Source: an uncultured Myxococcales bacterium (GTDB lineage: Bacteria > Myxococcota > UBA727 > JABDBI01). From it: a stretch of 64,000 nucleotides of DNA. The notes beneath the pieces were generated by a model. The model saw only the letters and a list, made by a program, of their open reading frames with translations, was not told the DNA's origin and did not search any database. The position numbers were made by a program, and so were the translations under genes. Positions 47,265 to 56,096 of this stretch are shown here, piece after piece; position 1 is the stretch's first letter; each line of letters opens with the position of its first letter. The stretch spans positions 1,941-65,940 of the forward strand of contig CAZBMJ010000008.1 of the NCBI GenBank assembly GCA_964493205.1, written 5' to 3'.

Positions 47265-48829
47265 TATATTTCCTTCTCTTCCTCAGACTTTTGCTCAAGT
47301 AATAATTTTTTAATTTTCCAAGCAGGAACGCCAGAACTTGCTTTTCTGTCGTGGGGCTTAACTATAACAATGCTTTTTTCGCCATTATTTTCTAATTTAA
47401 TATGGGAACCTTTTTGACTAGATTTTTGTTTTTTATCTTTAGATTTCCACCATAAATTTACACATTTTTTAAGCATCTTACAGCCAATAGATTTTTTATC
47501 GCCTAAAACATTCTCAAGTATATTTTTATAATCTTTTGGCTCTTTCACAAAATTTTGTAAGTATATTTTATTTAAATTATTATCTACTTTTTTTTCTTTT
47601 TTAATAACTTTATTTATGTATTCTATTTCTTTTATTCTTAACTCTTTAGGGTAAAATGGTAAAATTTTTTCATCAATTATTTTATAATCAGACTCTACAC
47701 TTGCTATCCAATTTATAATTTCAATAAATAACTCAAAAGTAAGTAATCCATGCTTTTTTAACTTATTAATTAAGTCCTCTAAAACATCAATATTTTCAAA
47801 ATTAACAAATAATATATCAGTAGAAAATTTATTATAATAAGTATTCTTAACACGCTTATTTGATTCAATAATTACTGGATTTAAAACATCATTATTACTT
47901 AAAATTGACCAATCTTTATTGCTAGGAAAAGAGCTATTTGTATGATAAATAAAAAATCTCATACTTTTCTCAAAAAAAGCGAACAAAATACCATTTTCTG
48001 CAGTCTTTTGATCAATATAAATCTTTGAAAAGTTATTCTTATAACACTTATACCAAAAAAAATTACTATCAGAAAAACTGGCAATTAAAACAAAAAATTT
48101 ATTATCATATTCATTTTTTTCTAATATTAAATGAGTTATATTTTTATTATTTTTTTTTAATTTATAAATAATATTTCTGTCATCAATTATTTTTTCAGAT
48201 AAATTTATTACTAAATAATAATAAATATCTGAAAAATCAAAAGATTTACTATCATTAATTAACTCTAAAACATCAACTATTTCCTTAATATAATTATCAA
48301 ACTTAGAAAATATTTCATCAATTTTACGAGCACACTCAAGCATATGATTATCTTTTTTATGAATATCTAATAAGCCATCACTCAGCAATTTTTTAATTTC
48401 TTTATAAAATTTAATTTTATAAAATTCTTGTTTAATTAATATTTGTGAATAAATATAGGAACTACAAGCTTCAGCGATAATAATGCCTTGCGTTAGAATA
48501 TTGCTATTGACTATATGTAATCCATTTTTTTTGTATTTTTTTTGTAAAAATTTTGTAAGACAAGTATTTACTACTTTTATGGATTTAAAAAAACTTAAAA
48601 ATATATCGTTTATAATATCGCATGGTGGGTAGTCTGCTTGTGAGTTTTTTTCCCTAAAATACTCTTTTTTGATAACAGCTAACGATTCTTCTAATTCGCT
48701 ATTGTATTGAGTAATAGAAGATATTTTTTCTTTTAATTCTTTAAAATAGTTATTATTACTTTGAGCTGAAAAAACATCATATCCAAAGAATAGAAAAAAC
48801 AAAAAACCAAAATTTTTTACAAGCGCCAT
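47264..48829 (-). CDS. large orphan protein with C-terminal HicA/YcfA-like domain
   Basis: N-terminal signal-like MALVKNFGFLFFLFFGYDVFSA, then about 450 aa of N/K/I-rich sequence. The last ~65 aa, LKKCVNLWWKSKDKKQKSSQKGSHIKLENNGEKSIVIVKPHDRKASSGVPAWKIKKLL, matches the HicA pattern (..l...Gf....kGSH..l....g....vP.H..k.l..g.l..Ilk.l). Confidence 0.55.
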   Translation of the reverse strand: MALVKNFGFLFFLFFGYDVFSAQSNNNYFKELKEKISSITQYNSELEESLAVIKKEYFREKNSQADYPPCDIINDIFLSFFKSIKVVNTCLTKFLQKKYKKNGLHIVNSNILTQGIIIAEACSSYIYSQILIKQEFYKIKFYKEIKKLLSDGLLDIHKKDNHMLECARKIDEIFSKFDNYIKEIVDVLELINDSKSFDFSDIYYYLVINLSEKIIDDRNIIYKLKKNNKNITHLILEKNEYDNKFFVLIASFSDSNFFWYKCYKNNFSKIYIDQKTAENGILFAFFEKSMRFFIYHTNSSFPSNKDWSILSNNDVLNPVIIESNKRVKNTYYNKFSTDILFVNFENIDVLEDLINKLKKHGLLTFELFIEIINWIASVESDYKIIDEKILPFYPKELRIKEIEYINKVIKKEKKVDNNLNKIYLQNFVKEPKDYKNILENVLGDKKSIGCKMLKKCVNLWWKSKDKKQKSSQKGSHIKLENNGEKSIVIVKPHDRKASSGVPAWKIKKLLLEQKSEEEKEI

Positions 48830-48846
48830 ATAACCATCAAAATTAT

Positions 48847-50682
48847 TTATTCGACGGTGACGCTCTTAGCTAAATTTCTTGGTTTGTCAACATCTAAACC
48901 TTTTAAATCTGACAAATGATAAGCAAGAAGTTGCAGAGGAATAGTAGCTATAATTGGCTGTAAAAAATTTTCTGTATTTACTAACTCAATAAAATAATCA
49001 GCTTCTCTATAAATATCTTTATTATGATTAGTAGCCACTGCAATTATTTTTGCACCTCGTGCTTTAACTTCACATAAATTACTCATGGTTTTAACACTGA
49101 GTTCATCGTTATTAAAGATAACTACTACTGCCATATCTTTATCAATAGTAGCAATAGGTCCATGTTTAAGCTCACCAGCAGGATAGCCTTGTGCAGCAAT
49201 GTAAGAAAGCTCTTTCATTTTTAAAGCCCCTTCTAAAGCTATTGGGTAAAGATTACCCCGAGCAATATACAACATGCTAGATTGACTCTTAAGCTTGTCA
49301 GCTACACTTCTTATTTGTTCATCCTGACTTAAAATATTTTGCACTTGTGCAGGCAAGCCTTTTAAACCCTCAATATAAAATTCTTCTTGGGATTTACTAA
49401 TTAATGACTTCTTAGCAGCCAACGCAATACTTAAAATTTTAAGAGCAACTACTTGCGAAACAAAAGCTTTAGTAGAAGCTACAGAAACTTCTATGCCAGC
49501 ATTTAAAAATATATTACCCAAACTTTGTTTACAAAACCTGGCTATGGCTGAGGATGCAATATTGGTTATAGCTAAATATTTTGCGCCTTTACTCGCTCCC
49601 TCTTCTAAAGCAGCCAAAGTATCTGCAGTTTCTCCAGATTGAGAAATAACAATTAAAAGAGTATTTTTATGAGTTAAATTATGGCCATAACGATATTCGC
49701 TAGCAAAATCAACTTGAGTAGGAATATTTAGTAAACTTTCCATAAAATCTTTAGCTATTAAGCCTGCGATATAAGAAGATCCGCAAGCAACTATTTGAAT
49801 GTTAGTGAAATTATCAGCTTTATCTAAGTTTATTTCTGCAGGATTCAAATAAACTTTATTATCAATAATTTTCTCATCTAAAAGCCTTTTAATAGCTAGT
49901 GGTTGCTCAAAAATTTCTTTGTGCATGTAATGTTTATGTCCTAATAAAGACATACTTGACTTATTTACAGATGTTTTTTCTAATCTAATATCAGTAGTTA
50001 CACCATTTAGTGAACAGACTTTTAATTGTTCCAATGAAACATACCCAAATTGACCGTCTATTAGGCTATAAACTTCTACAGAAAAATCCATTAGTGCTAG
50101 CTCATCTGAGGCCAAATAAACTCCTTGGCTATCTTTTGCTATAATCAAAGGGCACTTATTTTTAGCGAAAAATATTTTATCAGGACATTCCTCAATGCTT
50201 ATACCCAAAGCATAAGCCCCAGTAAGCAAATTACAAAGTTCTTTAATAGCTGGCAAAGGATCCGTCTTTAGCAACAAATCATCAAGCAAATGAGCAATCA
50301 CTTCAGTATCAGTATCAGAAGTAAAACTATGGCCCAAACTTACAAGATTTCTCTTAAGTGTTTGATAATTCTCGATAATTCCATTATGAACTACACTTAC
50401 TTTATTATATTTTAGTGGATGAGCATTTTCTATTGAGGGTTTACCGTGAGTTGCCCACCGAGTATGCCCAATACCTGAATTTGATTGGATATTAAGAGTA
50501 TGTAAATGATTAGAAAGTTCATTAATAGAACCTAGTTTCTTTTCAATAATCAATTTTTGGCTTTGCTTACAAAATAACGCAACCCCTGATGAGTCATAGC
50601 CTCGATATTCTAAGTGTTTTAAAGCGTTTAAAATAACCTCAGAAGCATTTTTTTGCCCAACATATCCTATTATCCCACACAT
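48847..50682 (-). CDS. glmS: glutamine--fructose-6-phosphate aminotransferase
   Basis: MCGIIGYVG Ntn start, two SIS domains, canonical C-terminus DKPRNLAKSVTVE. Confidence 0.98.
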   Translation of the reverse strand: MCGIIGYVGQKNASEVILNALKHLEYRGYDSSGVALFCKQSQKLIIEKKLGSINELSNHLHTLNIQSNSGIGHTRWATHGKPSIENAHPLKYNKVSVVHNGIIENYQTLKRNLVSLGHSFTSDTDTEVIAHLLDDLLLKTDPLPAIKELCNLLTGAYALGISIEECPDKIFFAKNKCPLIIAKDSQGVYLASDELALMDFSVEVYSLIDGQFGYVSLEQLKVCSLNGVTTDIRLEKTSVNKSSMSLLGHKHYMHKEIFEQPLAIKRLLDEKIIDNKVYLNPAEINLDKADNFTNIQIVACGSSYIAGLIAKDFMESLLNIPTQVDFASEYRYGHNLTHKNTLLIVISQSGETADTLAALEEGASKGAKYLAITNIASSAIARFCKQSLGNIFLNAGIEVSVASTKAFVSQVVALKILSIALAAKKSLISKSQEEFYIEGLKGLPAQVQNILSQDEQIRSVADKLKSQSSMLYIARGNLYPIALEGALKMKELSYIAAQGYPAGELKHGPIATIDKDMAVVVIFNNDELSVKTMSNLCEVKARGAKIIAVATNHNKDIYREADYFIELVNTENFLQPIIATIPLQLLAYHLSDLKGLDVDKPRNLAKSVTVE

Positions 50683-50781
50683 TTTGCTGCTTGCTCCACT
50701 AAATATTCAAAATTTTAATAGCATATTAACTAAATAACGCTATTGATTTATTGAGCAACAATCAATTAAAACGAATTGGAA

Positions 50782-51139
50782 AACATAATTAGCAACCCAT
50801 CAAACATGATTAATACTATTGCTAATAATTTATTAGATAAATATATAGCTAATTAAGATATTAAAAATAACTTTAAAATATATTTAGCTTTAGAAGAAAT
50901 TTTAGCAGAAAAGAAGTATGAATTTTATAATTATAATGTTATATTTGAGATAAATACTAGTATTGCTGGATATCTTGATTTTTTGTATAAAGATAAAAAA
51001 TGTAATAAATATAACTGCAGGAAAAAAAGAGGGGACTGAAGTAGGGTTTAGTCAAATTCGAGAAACATTACAAATAAATAATGCCGCTTTTGAAATAATA
51101 TCCAAAATTAATGAGGGTACGAAAATTATATTAAATTTT
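50782..51139 (+). pseudogene. decayed histidine-kinase core (H-box-, N-box- and G-box-like fragments in shifting frames)
   Basis: Fragments ...ISNPSNMINTIANNLLDKYIAN* (H-box-like, preceded out of frame by a His codon), LALEEILAEKKYEFYNYNVIFEINTS..., then GTEVGFSQIRETLQINNAAFEIISKINEGTKIILNF (G2-box/HATPase_c tail-like). They are interrupted by stops and frame changes. Boundaries are approximate. Confidence 0.35.
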
Positions 51140-51547
51140 ATGAAACGTAAAAAACTATCTTTAATGATAGAAATAATAGAAATTAAAGAAGATTATACTA
51201 TAATAATTCTCGATGATGATACCTATATTCATCAAGCGTGGAAAACGCGCTTTAAAGAAAAATATCCTAATATTCCTCTAAAATGTTTTGAATTTGCTAA
51301 CGAGGCTATTGATTATATAAAAAATTTGTCAACTGAAGAAAAAGAAAAAACTTTATTTTTAGTGGATTACGAGCTTTCATATCAACCTATAAACGGGTTA
51401 GAAGTGGCACAACAAGTTAGTCTACCTCGCTCTGTCTTAGTGACTAATCATATTTGCAACAGAGAAATAGAAAGTAAATTATGTGAGCTAGGCATGCAAA
51501 TGCTACAAAAATTGTATATCCCAACTATTCCCATTAGTATTATATAA
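51140..51547 (+). CDS. receiver (REC) domain protein, probably the surviving C-terminal domain of a former hybrid kinase
   Basis: IIILDDD (acidic pocket), LFLVDYEL (phospho-acceptor Asp position), VLVTNH (Thr), LQKLYIP (Lys). The ORF track offers a longer TTG-started version from 50963. Confidence 0.55.
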   Translation: MKRKKLSLMIEIIEIKEDYTIIILDDDTYIHQAWKTRFKEKYPNIPLKCFEFANEAIDYIKNLSTEEKEKTLFLVDYELSYQPINGLEVAQQVSLPRSVLVTNHICNREIESKLCELGMQMLQKLYIPTIPISII

Positions 51548-51636
51548 AATTTTAATATTACCATTAAAAAGATCACACGAAAAAATACGAAATATTGCCT
51601 AAAAATTATGTGTTTATTTTCTGTTTTGGAGGAAAT

Positions 51637-52242
51637 ATGAAATTATTGCATGTTGGTGTCATTGGTATATTTTTAATGATTAGTTATTCTGTTTTAGCAA
51701 CTCATACCTTTGTCGACGAAAGAACTGGTCATGTATTGGCTATTAAACCTGCGACAGAAGAAGATCTAAAATGGGCTCAAGAATTTTGTATAGAATTTTT
51801 TAAACCTATTTATAAAAATATTACTTTAGATGATGACCAGCTTGCACACGGCTCTTATGAAGCATTTGTAGAAAACAATTTTAACAATCATTACAGAAAT
51901 ATATTTATTTTAAATAAATATAAATTTTTTGTTGTGGAAGATTGTAATAATAAAAAAAATATTGGCTACACTATTGTTTCTGTAGATAAAGATAAAATCT
52001 ATAGTATCGAAACACAAGCTTTAATTGAAAATTATTCAATACAAAGCTTGATGAGTGGACTATCAAATTTTATAAATAATGAAATAGAGCCAAAAGCAAG
52101 TTGTTTTATATCTGCAGTTCGAAAAAAAATGCGACCATTTATTGAATTATTAAAGACTTGTGATTTTGAAGAAATTGAAAGTTCTTGGTTACATTCAAGT
52201 ATGTCAACCCAGTATTATCAAGCACTTATTCGCAAATTGTAA
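51637..52242 (+). CDS. hypothetical secreted protein (possible GNAT-like fold)
   Basis: GGAGG SD 5 nt upstream. Signal peptide MKLLHVGVIGIFLMISYSVLA. The family call is weak. Confidence 0.45.
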   Translation: MKLLHVGVIGIFLMISYSVLATHTFVDERTGHVLAIKPATEEDLKWAQEFCIEFFKPIYKNITLDDDQLAHGSYEAFVENNFNNHYRNIFILNKYKFFVVEDCNNKKNIGYTIVSVDKDKIYSIETQALIENYSIQSLMSGLSNFINNEIEPKASCFISAVRKKMRPFIELLKTCDFEEIESSWLHSSMSTQYYQALIRKL

Positions 52243-52253
52243 TTCTTTCATAT

Positions 52254-53240
52254 CTAAACTCTATACAATGCTGCACCCCAAACAAAACCTGCTCCTATGG
52301 CAAGCATGAGTAAAAGATCTTTTGGTTTTAAAAGATCTTTTTTATTAGCTTGATCGTAAGCAAGCATTAAAGAAGCAGCTGAAGTATTTGCGCATTCATC
52401 TAGGTTTACTAAAAATTTTTCCATCGGTACATCAACATATTTTGCAATAGCTTCTATTATGCGTAAATTTGCTTGATGAGGTACCACAAAAGTTACATCT
52501 TCTTTAGTAAGATTATTTTTGGTTAAAATACTTTGTATACTGTCACATATGGATCTAACAGCAAATTTAAAAGTCTCTCGACCATTCATCACTAATTTAT
52601 CTTCAAAATTTCTAAGGCCCTCTTCATCTAATTTATTAAGGGATCCACCTTTAGGGGCATAAATACATTTATGTTGCCTCCCATCAGCGTATAACTTAAA
52701 ATCAATGAAGCCACTCTTATTATCATCTGATTTACTTAAAACACAGGCAGAAGCTGCATCTCCAAATAAAATAGCAGTATTACGATCTTGCCAATTAACT
52801 ACTGAAGACATTACTTCTGCACCAATAAATAAGACATTTTTATACTGATTAGAAACTATAAAGTTATGAGCAATATTTAAGCCATAAATAGATCCTGCGC
52901 ATGCTGCAGAAATGTCAAAAGCAGCGGCACCAAAAGCACCTAGTTGTTCTTGTACTAAACATGCTAGAGAAGGAAGTTTATAATCAGCACTTATGGTAGC
53001 CACTACTATTAAATCAATATCTTCTGGCTGTAAATTAGCTTGCAATAAAGCTTGTTTAGCTGCTTGTGTGGCCATAAAAGAACAGGTTTCTCCAATTTCT
53101 AAATCAGCAATATGGCGATTTTTAATACCAGTTCTGGAAGAGATCCATTCATCATTAGTGTCTAAAAATTGCGAAAGGTCATCGTTAGTTACAATTTTTT
53201 TAGGTAAATAGGACCCTGTTCCAATAATTTTACTTGTCAT
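52254..53240 (-). CDS. fabH: 3-oxoacyl-ACP synthase III
   Basis: Active-site DISAACAGSIYG, PHQANLRI, CANTSAASL, GAGFVWGA. Confidence 0.95.
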   Translation of the reverse strand: MTSKIIGTGSYLPKKIVTNDDLSQFLDTNDEWISSRTGIKNRHIADLEIGETCSFMATQAAKQALLQANLQPEDIDLIVVATISADYKLPSLACLVQEQLGAFGAAAFDISAACAGSIYGLNIAHNFIVSNQYKNVLFIGAEVMSSVVNWQDRNTAILFGDAASACVLSKSDDNKSGFIDFKLYADGRQHKCIYAPKGGSLNKLDEEGLRNFEDKLVMNGRETFKFAVRSICDSIQSILTKNNLTKEDVTFVVPHQANLRIIEAIAKYVDVPMEKFLVNLDECANTSAASLMLAYDQANKKDLLKPKDLLLMLAIGAGFVWGAALYRV

Positions 53241-53312
53241 AGCATGCCTTAAAATATTTCATAAGCATTTTTTAAATACAGCTTTTAGAAAAATATTAAA
53301 GGCATATGGATT

Positions 53313-53690
53313 TTATTCTTTATTTAACGCTATGCTAACGTCACTTTGATCAAGTTCATACCAATTTCCCGTTACAGCATCTATAACAATAGGCCAAGTT
53401 CCCGCTAAAACATTTAAAATAATCCATTTGGCACCAATTTTATTATCAATATTGTAATACGCTGTGGAAAAACCTGCTTTTTCCACTTTAATTTCATGGT
53501 TTTTATTAGCTGACAGCTTAATCTCTATGGGAGTAACTCCCCTATAAGTGCCATTTACATAAATTTTTGCATTATTAGGAGTGGAAGAAAAGCTCACATA
53601 ATCTGCATCTGTATTTTTAAATAGTGTTGCGCACCCACCAAAAATGCTTGATAGAAGTAAAAAATGTAGAAACCATAAAGTATTTCGCAT
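53313..53690 (-). CDS. PEGA-domain lipoprotein
   Basis: Lipobox IFGGC. PEGA-type strand NNAKIYVNGTYRGVTPIEIKL. Confidence 0.7.
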   Translation of the reverse strand: MRNTLWFLHFLLLSSIFGGCATLFKNTDADYVSFSSTPNNAKIYVNGTYRGVTPIEIKLSANKNHEIKVEKAGFSTAYYNIDNKIGAKWIILNVLAGTWPIVIDAVTGNWYELDQSDVSIALNKE

Positions 53691-53722
53691 AGCTTAAGTC
53701 CTGCTTTTAGTAGGGTAATACT

Positions 53723-55075
53723 TTATTTGTTGGTATGGCTATTTAATTCGTTTATAGCTTTTTCAATAGACGCCAAAGCTTTCTTTAGCTCATCGCTCGT
53801 TATGTTCAATGGTGGTGCTAATAAAAGAGTGGAAAATCTTACTAAAGCGCTTATATCATACTTTTTTAAAGCATTTTGTAAAAATATAGCCGGCTGCATT
53901 TCTTGTGGATTTGCCCTGTATGGCACCAAAGGCTCATCATCAGTTTTGGACTTTCTAAAATCTATGGCTGCCAATAATCCAATACAGCGAGTTTCTGCAA
54001 TAATGTCATATTTTCTTGACCACATACTAAACTCTTCTTTAATTTGAGCTTCTCTTTGAAAAACATTTTCTTCTATTTTATCTTCTTCATAAAAATGTAG
54101 AGCAGCCAAGGACGCAGCACATGATAAATAAGGTGCATATTGAGTAAGACCACACCATAAGGTCTCATCATCAAAAAACTTTGCTATTTTATCGCTTACT
54201 AATAAAGCACCTAAAGGCGCATAGCCAGCTGTTAAACCTTTTGACAAACTCATCATATCTGGGGCTACATTATAACGATCCACGGCAAAGCACTTACCTG
54301 TTCGATAAAATCCTGAAAAAACTTCATCGTCGATCAATAAAATATTATTTTTATCACAAAGATTTCGTATACGTGGCCAATAATCATTATCTGGTATAAA
54401 AGCACCATTGGCTCCTGTTATGCCTTCAAGCATAATAGCAGCAATAGTTTGTGGCCCTTCTATTTCAATTATTTCTTGCAAAAGCCTTACTGTATCTATT
54501 TTTTGTCCACTGCCTCTCTCATAAGGATCAGGAAATCTTACTATGCCAGTAATAGCATTATCAAAGGGAATTCTGCGATAATCGCCACTAAAGTTAATAG
54601 TAGCCAAGGTTGCGCCATGATAACTTCTGTAACGAGTAATAATTTTGTGTTTGCCAGTTACGGCACGAGCAATCTTTATAGCATTTTCGTTAGCCTCTGC
54701 ACCGCCCAAAGTAAAAAATACTTTGCTAAAATTCTTATTTTGTTCTTTATTAGCCAAAAATATTAATTTACTGGCCAACTCAAGCCTTTTTACACAAACA
54801 GCCTCTGATGCTAATACTTGTGTGTGAGGAGCAGCTTTAGTTAAAGCCTTGAGCATCCCTTCGTGTGCATGACCTAAATTTGCACAAAATGCTTGAGACT
54901 TCATATCTATTAATTCTTGGCCATTGGGCAGTGTTACATAAACCCCTTTTTGTTTTATAAAAAACGGTGGCTGCATACTCTTTTGATTAGACCAAGGAAT
55001 TAAAATAGCTTCTTTATAACGTTTTATTAGTTCTTCTGGGCTTAGTGATTCAAAGTCAACGTTACTTGAGGGCAT
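53723..55075 (-). CDS. class-III (omega) aminotransferase, PLP-dependent
   Basis: GGAEANENAIKIAR, RSYHGAT, LIDDEVFSGFYRTGK, PLP-lysine MSLSKGLTAGYAPLG. Confidence 0.88.
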   Translation of the reverse strand: MPSSNVDFESLSPEELIKRYKEAILIPWSNQKSMQPPFFIKQKGVYVTLPNGQELIDMKSQAFCANLGHAHEGMLKALTKAAPHTQVLASEAVCVKRLELASKLIFLANKEQNKNFSKVFFTLGGAEANENAIKIARAVTGKHKIITRYRSYHGATLATINFSGDYRRIPFDNAITGIVRFPDPYERGSGQKIDTVRLLQEIIEIEGPQTIAAIMLEGITGANGAFIPDNDYWPRIRNLCDKNNILLIDDEVFSGFYRTGKCFAVDRYNVAPDMMSLSKGLTAGYAPLGALLVSDKIAKFFDDETLWCGLTQYAPYLSCAASLAALHFYEEDKIEENVFQREAQIKEEFSMWSRKYDIIAETRCIGLLAAIDFRKSKTDDEPLVPYRANPQEMQPAIFLQNALKKYDISALVRFSTLLLAPPLNITSDELKKALASIEKAINELNSHTNK

Positions 55076-56088
55076 TTTAACAACTCCTTAGTGGCTATTC
55101 CTTGGCACGCAAGTATTTTAGCCCCAAGTATATCCATCACAATGGTGCCACACGTAGTGGTATTATGAGGAGTTTTTTCATTATAAGGCATAGATACTTG
55201 TGCTAGAGCCAAAAATATATCTTGTGTAGTATTTGCTTTATCTAAAGTTATATTTTGAGATAAATATTCATATCGCCACAAAGTATTTGATTCTTTTCTA
55301 ATATAAGAATTTTTTTCTATTTCTTTGCATAAACAATGATTAGTATGGAAATAAAGTTTGTCTGCATTATCAGTAACAATACTTTTTTTAGTGCCACTGG
55401 TTTCAATACTAAAAAAGTTATTTTTATCCGCAATAGCGTAATGATGACCTGAACCCAAAGGGGCATTCATAACTTCATCTTTGGCAAGGATGGCATCTTT
55501 TTTGCGTAATGCTTTTCTTACCAAGGCTGGCCAAATAATCCCTATTTTGGCATCAGTGCTGTTTAAATTATTTATGCAAATAGCCACACCATGTCTGTTC
55601 ATGCCAGTCATTCCTAAACAGCCCATAATAGAAAAAACCACTGTTTTATTAATACTAAGCAAGCAAACATAAGGCAAAGCACTGCCATGAATATCCCACG
55701 TTTGACCTAAAATTTTATGAGGACTATAAATCAAAGAACAGCCAGAAGAAGATTCTTGTGTACTAAGTAAGTTAGCATGATGAGGATTAATATCTCGTAA
55801 GTCGGTATAATGATTAAGAACTATCAGCTTTTCCAAAGATACATTGCTTGCCTCTGAAATACCCCGCAATTCTAAAAACAAGTCCACATCAAAATCTTGC
55901 AAAATATTTATATGTTTAGCTGCTAGTTCTAAAACATCTTTAGGTTTTTTATATAACGAAACATTACACATGCGTTCCATACGAATTTCAGCAAGTTCTT
56001 TTATTTGCGTTCTAAAAATTTCTCCATGTTGATGCCCTAAAAAAAGCGGATCGCTACCTTCTAACACTAATAATTTTAAAGAAGTCAT
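55042..56088 (-). CDS. peptidase C45 family Ntn-hydrolase / acyl-CoA:6-APA acyltransferase-like protein
   Basis: LEGSDPLFLGHQHGEIF N-terminus, putative autoprocessing site SSSG|CSLIY, GQTWDIH, GMTGMNRHGVAICINNL. This is the layout of the IAT/C45 family. Confidence 0.7.
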   Translation of the reverse strand: MTSLKLLVLEGSDPLFLGHQHGEIFRTQIKELAEIRMERMCNVSLYKKPKDVLELAAKHINILQDFDVDLFLELRGISEASNVSLEKLIVLNHYTDLRDINPHHANLLSTQESSSGCSLIYSPHKILGQTWDIHGSALPYVCLLSINKTVVFSIMGCLGMTGMNRHGVAICINNLNSTDAKIGIIWPALVRKALRKKDAILAKDEVMNAPLGSGHHYAIADKNNFFSIETSGTKKSIVTDNADKLYFHTNHCLCKEIEKNSYIRKESNTLWRYEYLSQNITLDKANTTQDIFLALAQVSMPYNEKTPHNTTTCGTIVMDILGAKILACQGIATKELLKCPQVTLTLNH

Positions 56089-56096
56089 ATTTTTTC

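Noticed and set aside
46098-48846. Tn7-like element inserted at attTn7 downstream of glmS
   Set aside because: There are no tnsABCD-like genes, no recognisable Tn7 end repeats and only 17 nt between the glmS stop and the next start. Only the hotspot location is suggestive, and this is noted in the finding.
50683-50962. Possible glmS ribozyme in the glmS 5' leader
   Set aside because: The leader is extremely AT-rich. I could not find the GC-rich conserved core or pseudoknot segments of the glmS ribozyme. An ordinary GGAG SD precedes the ATG.
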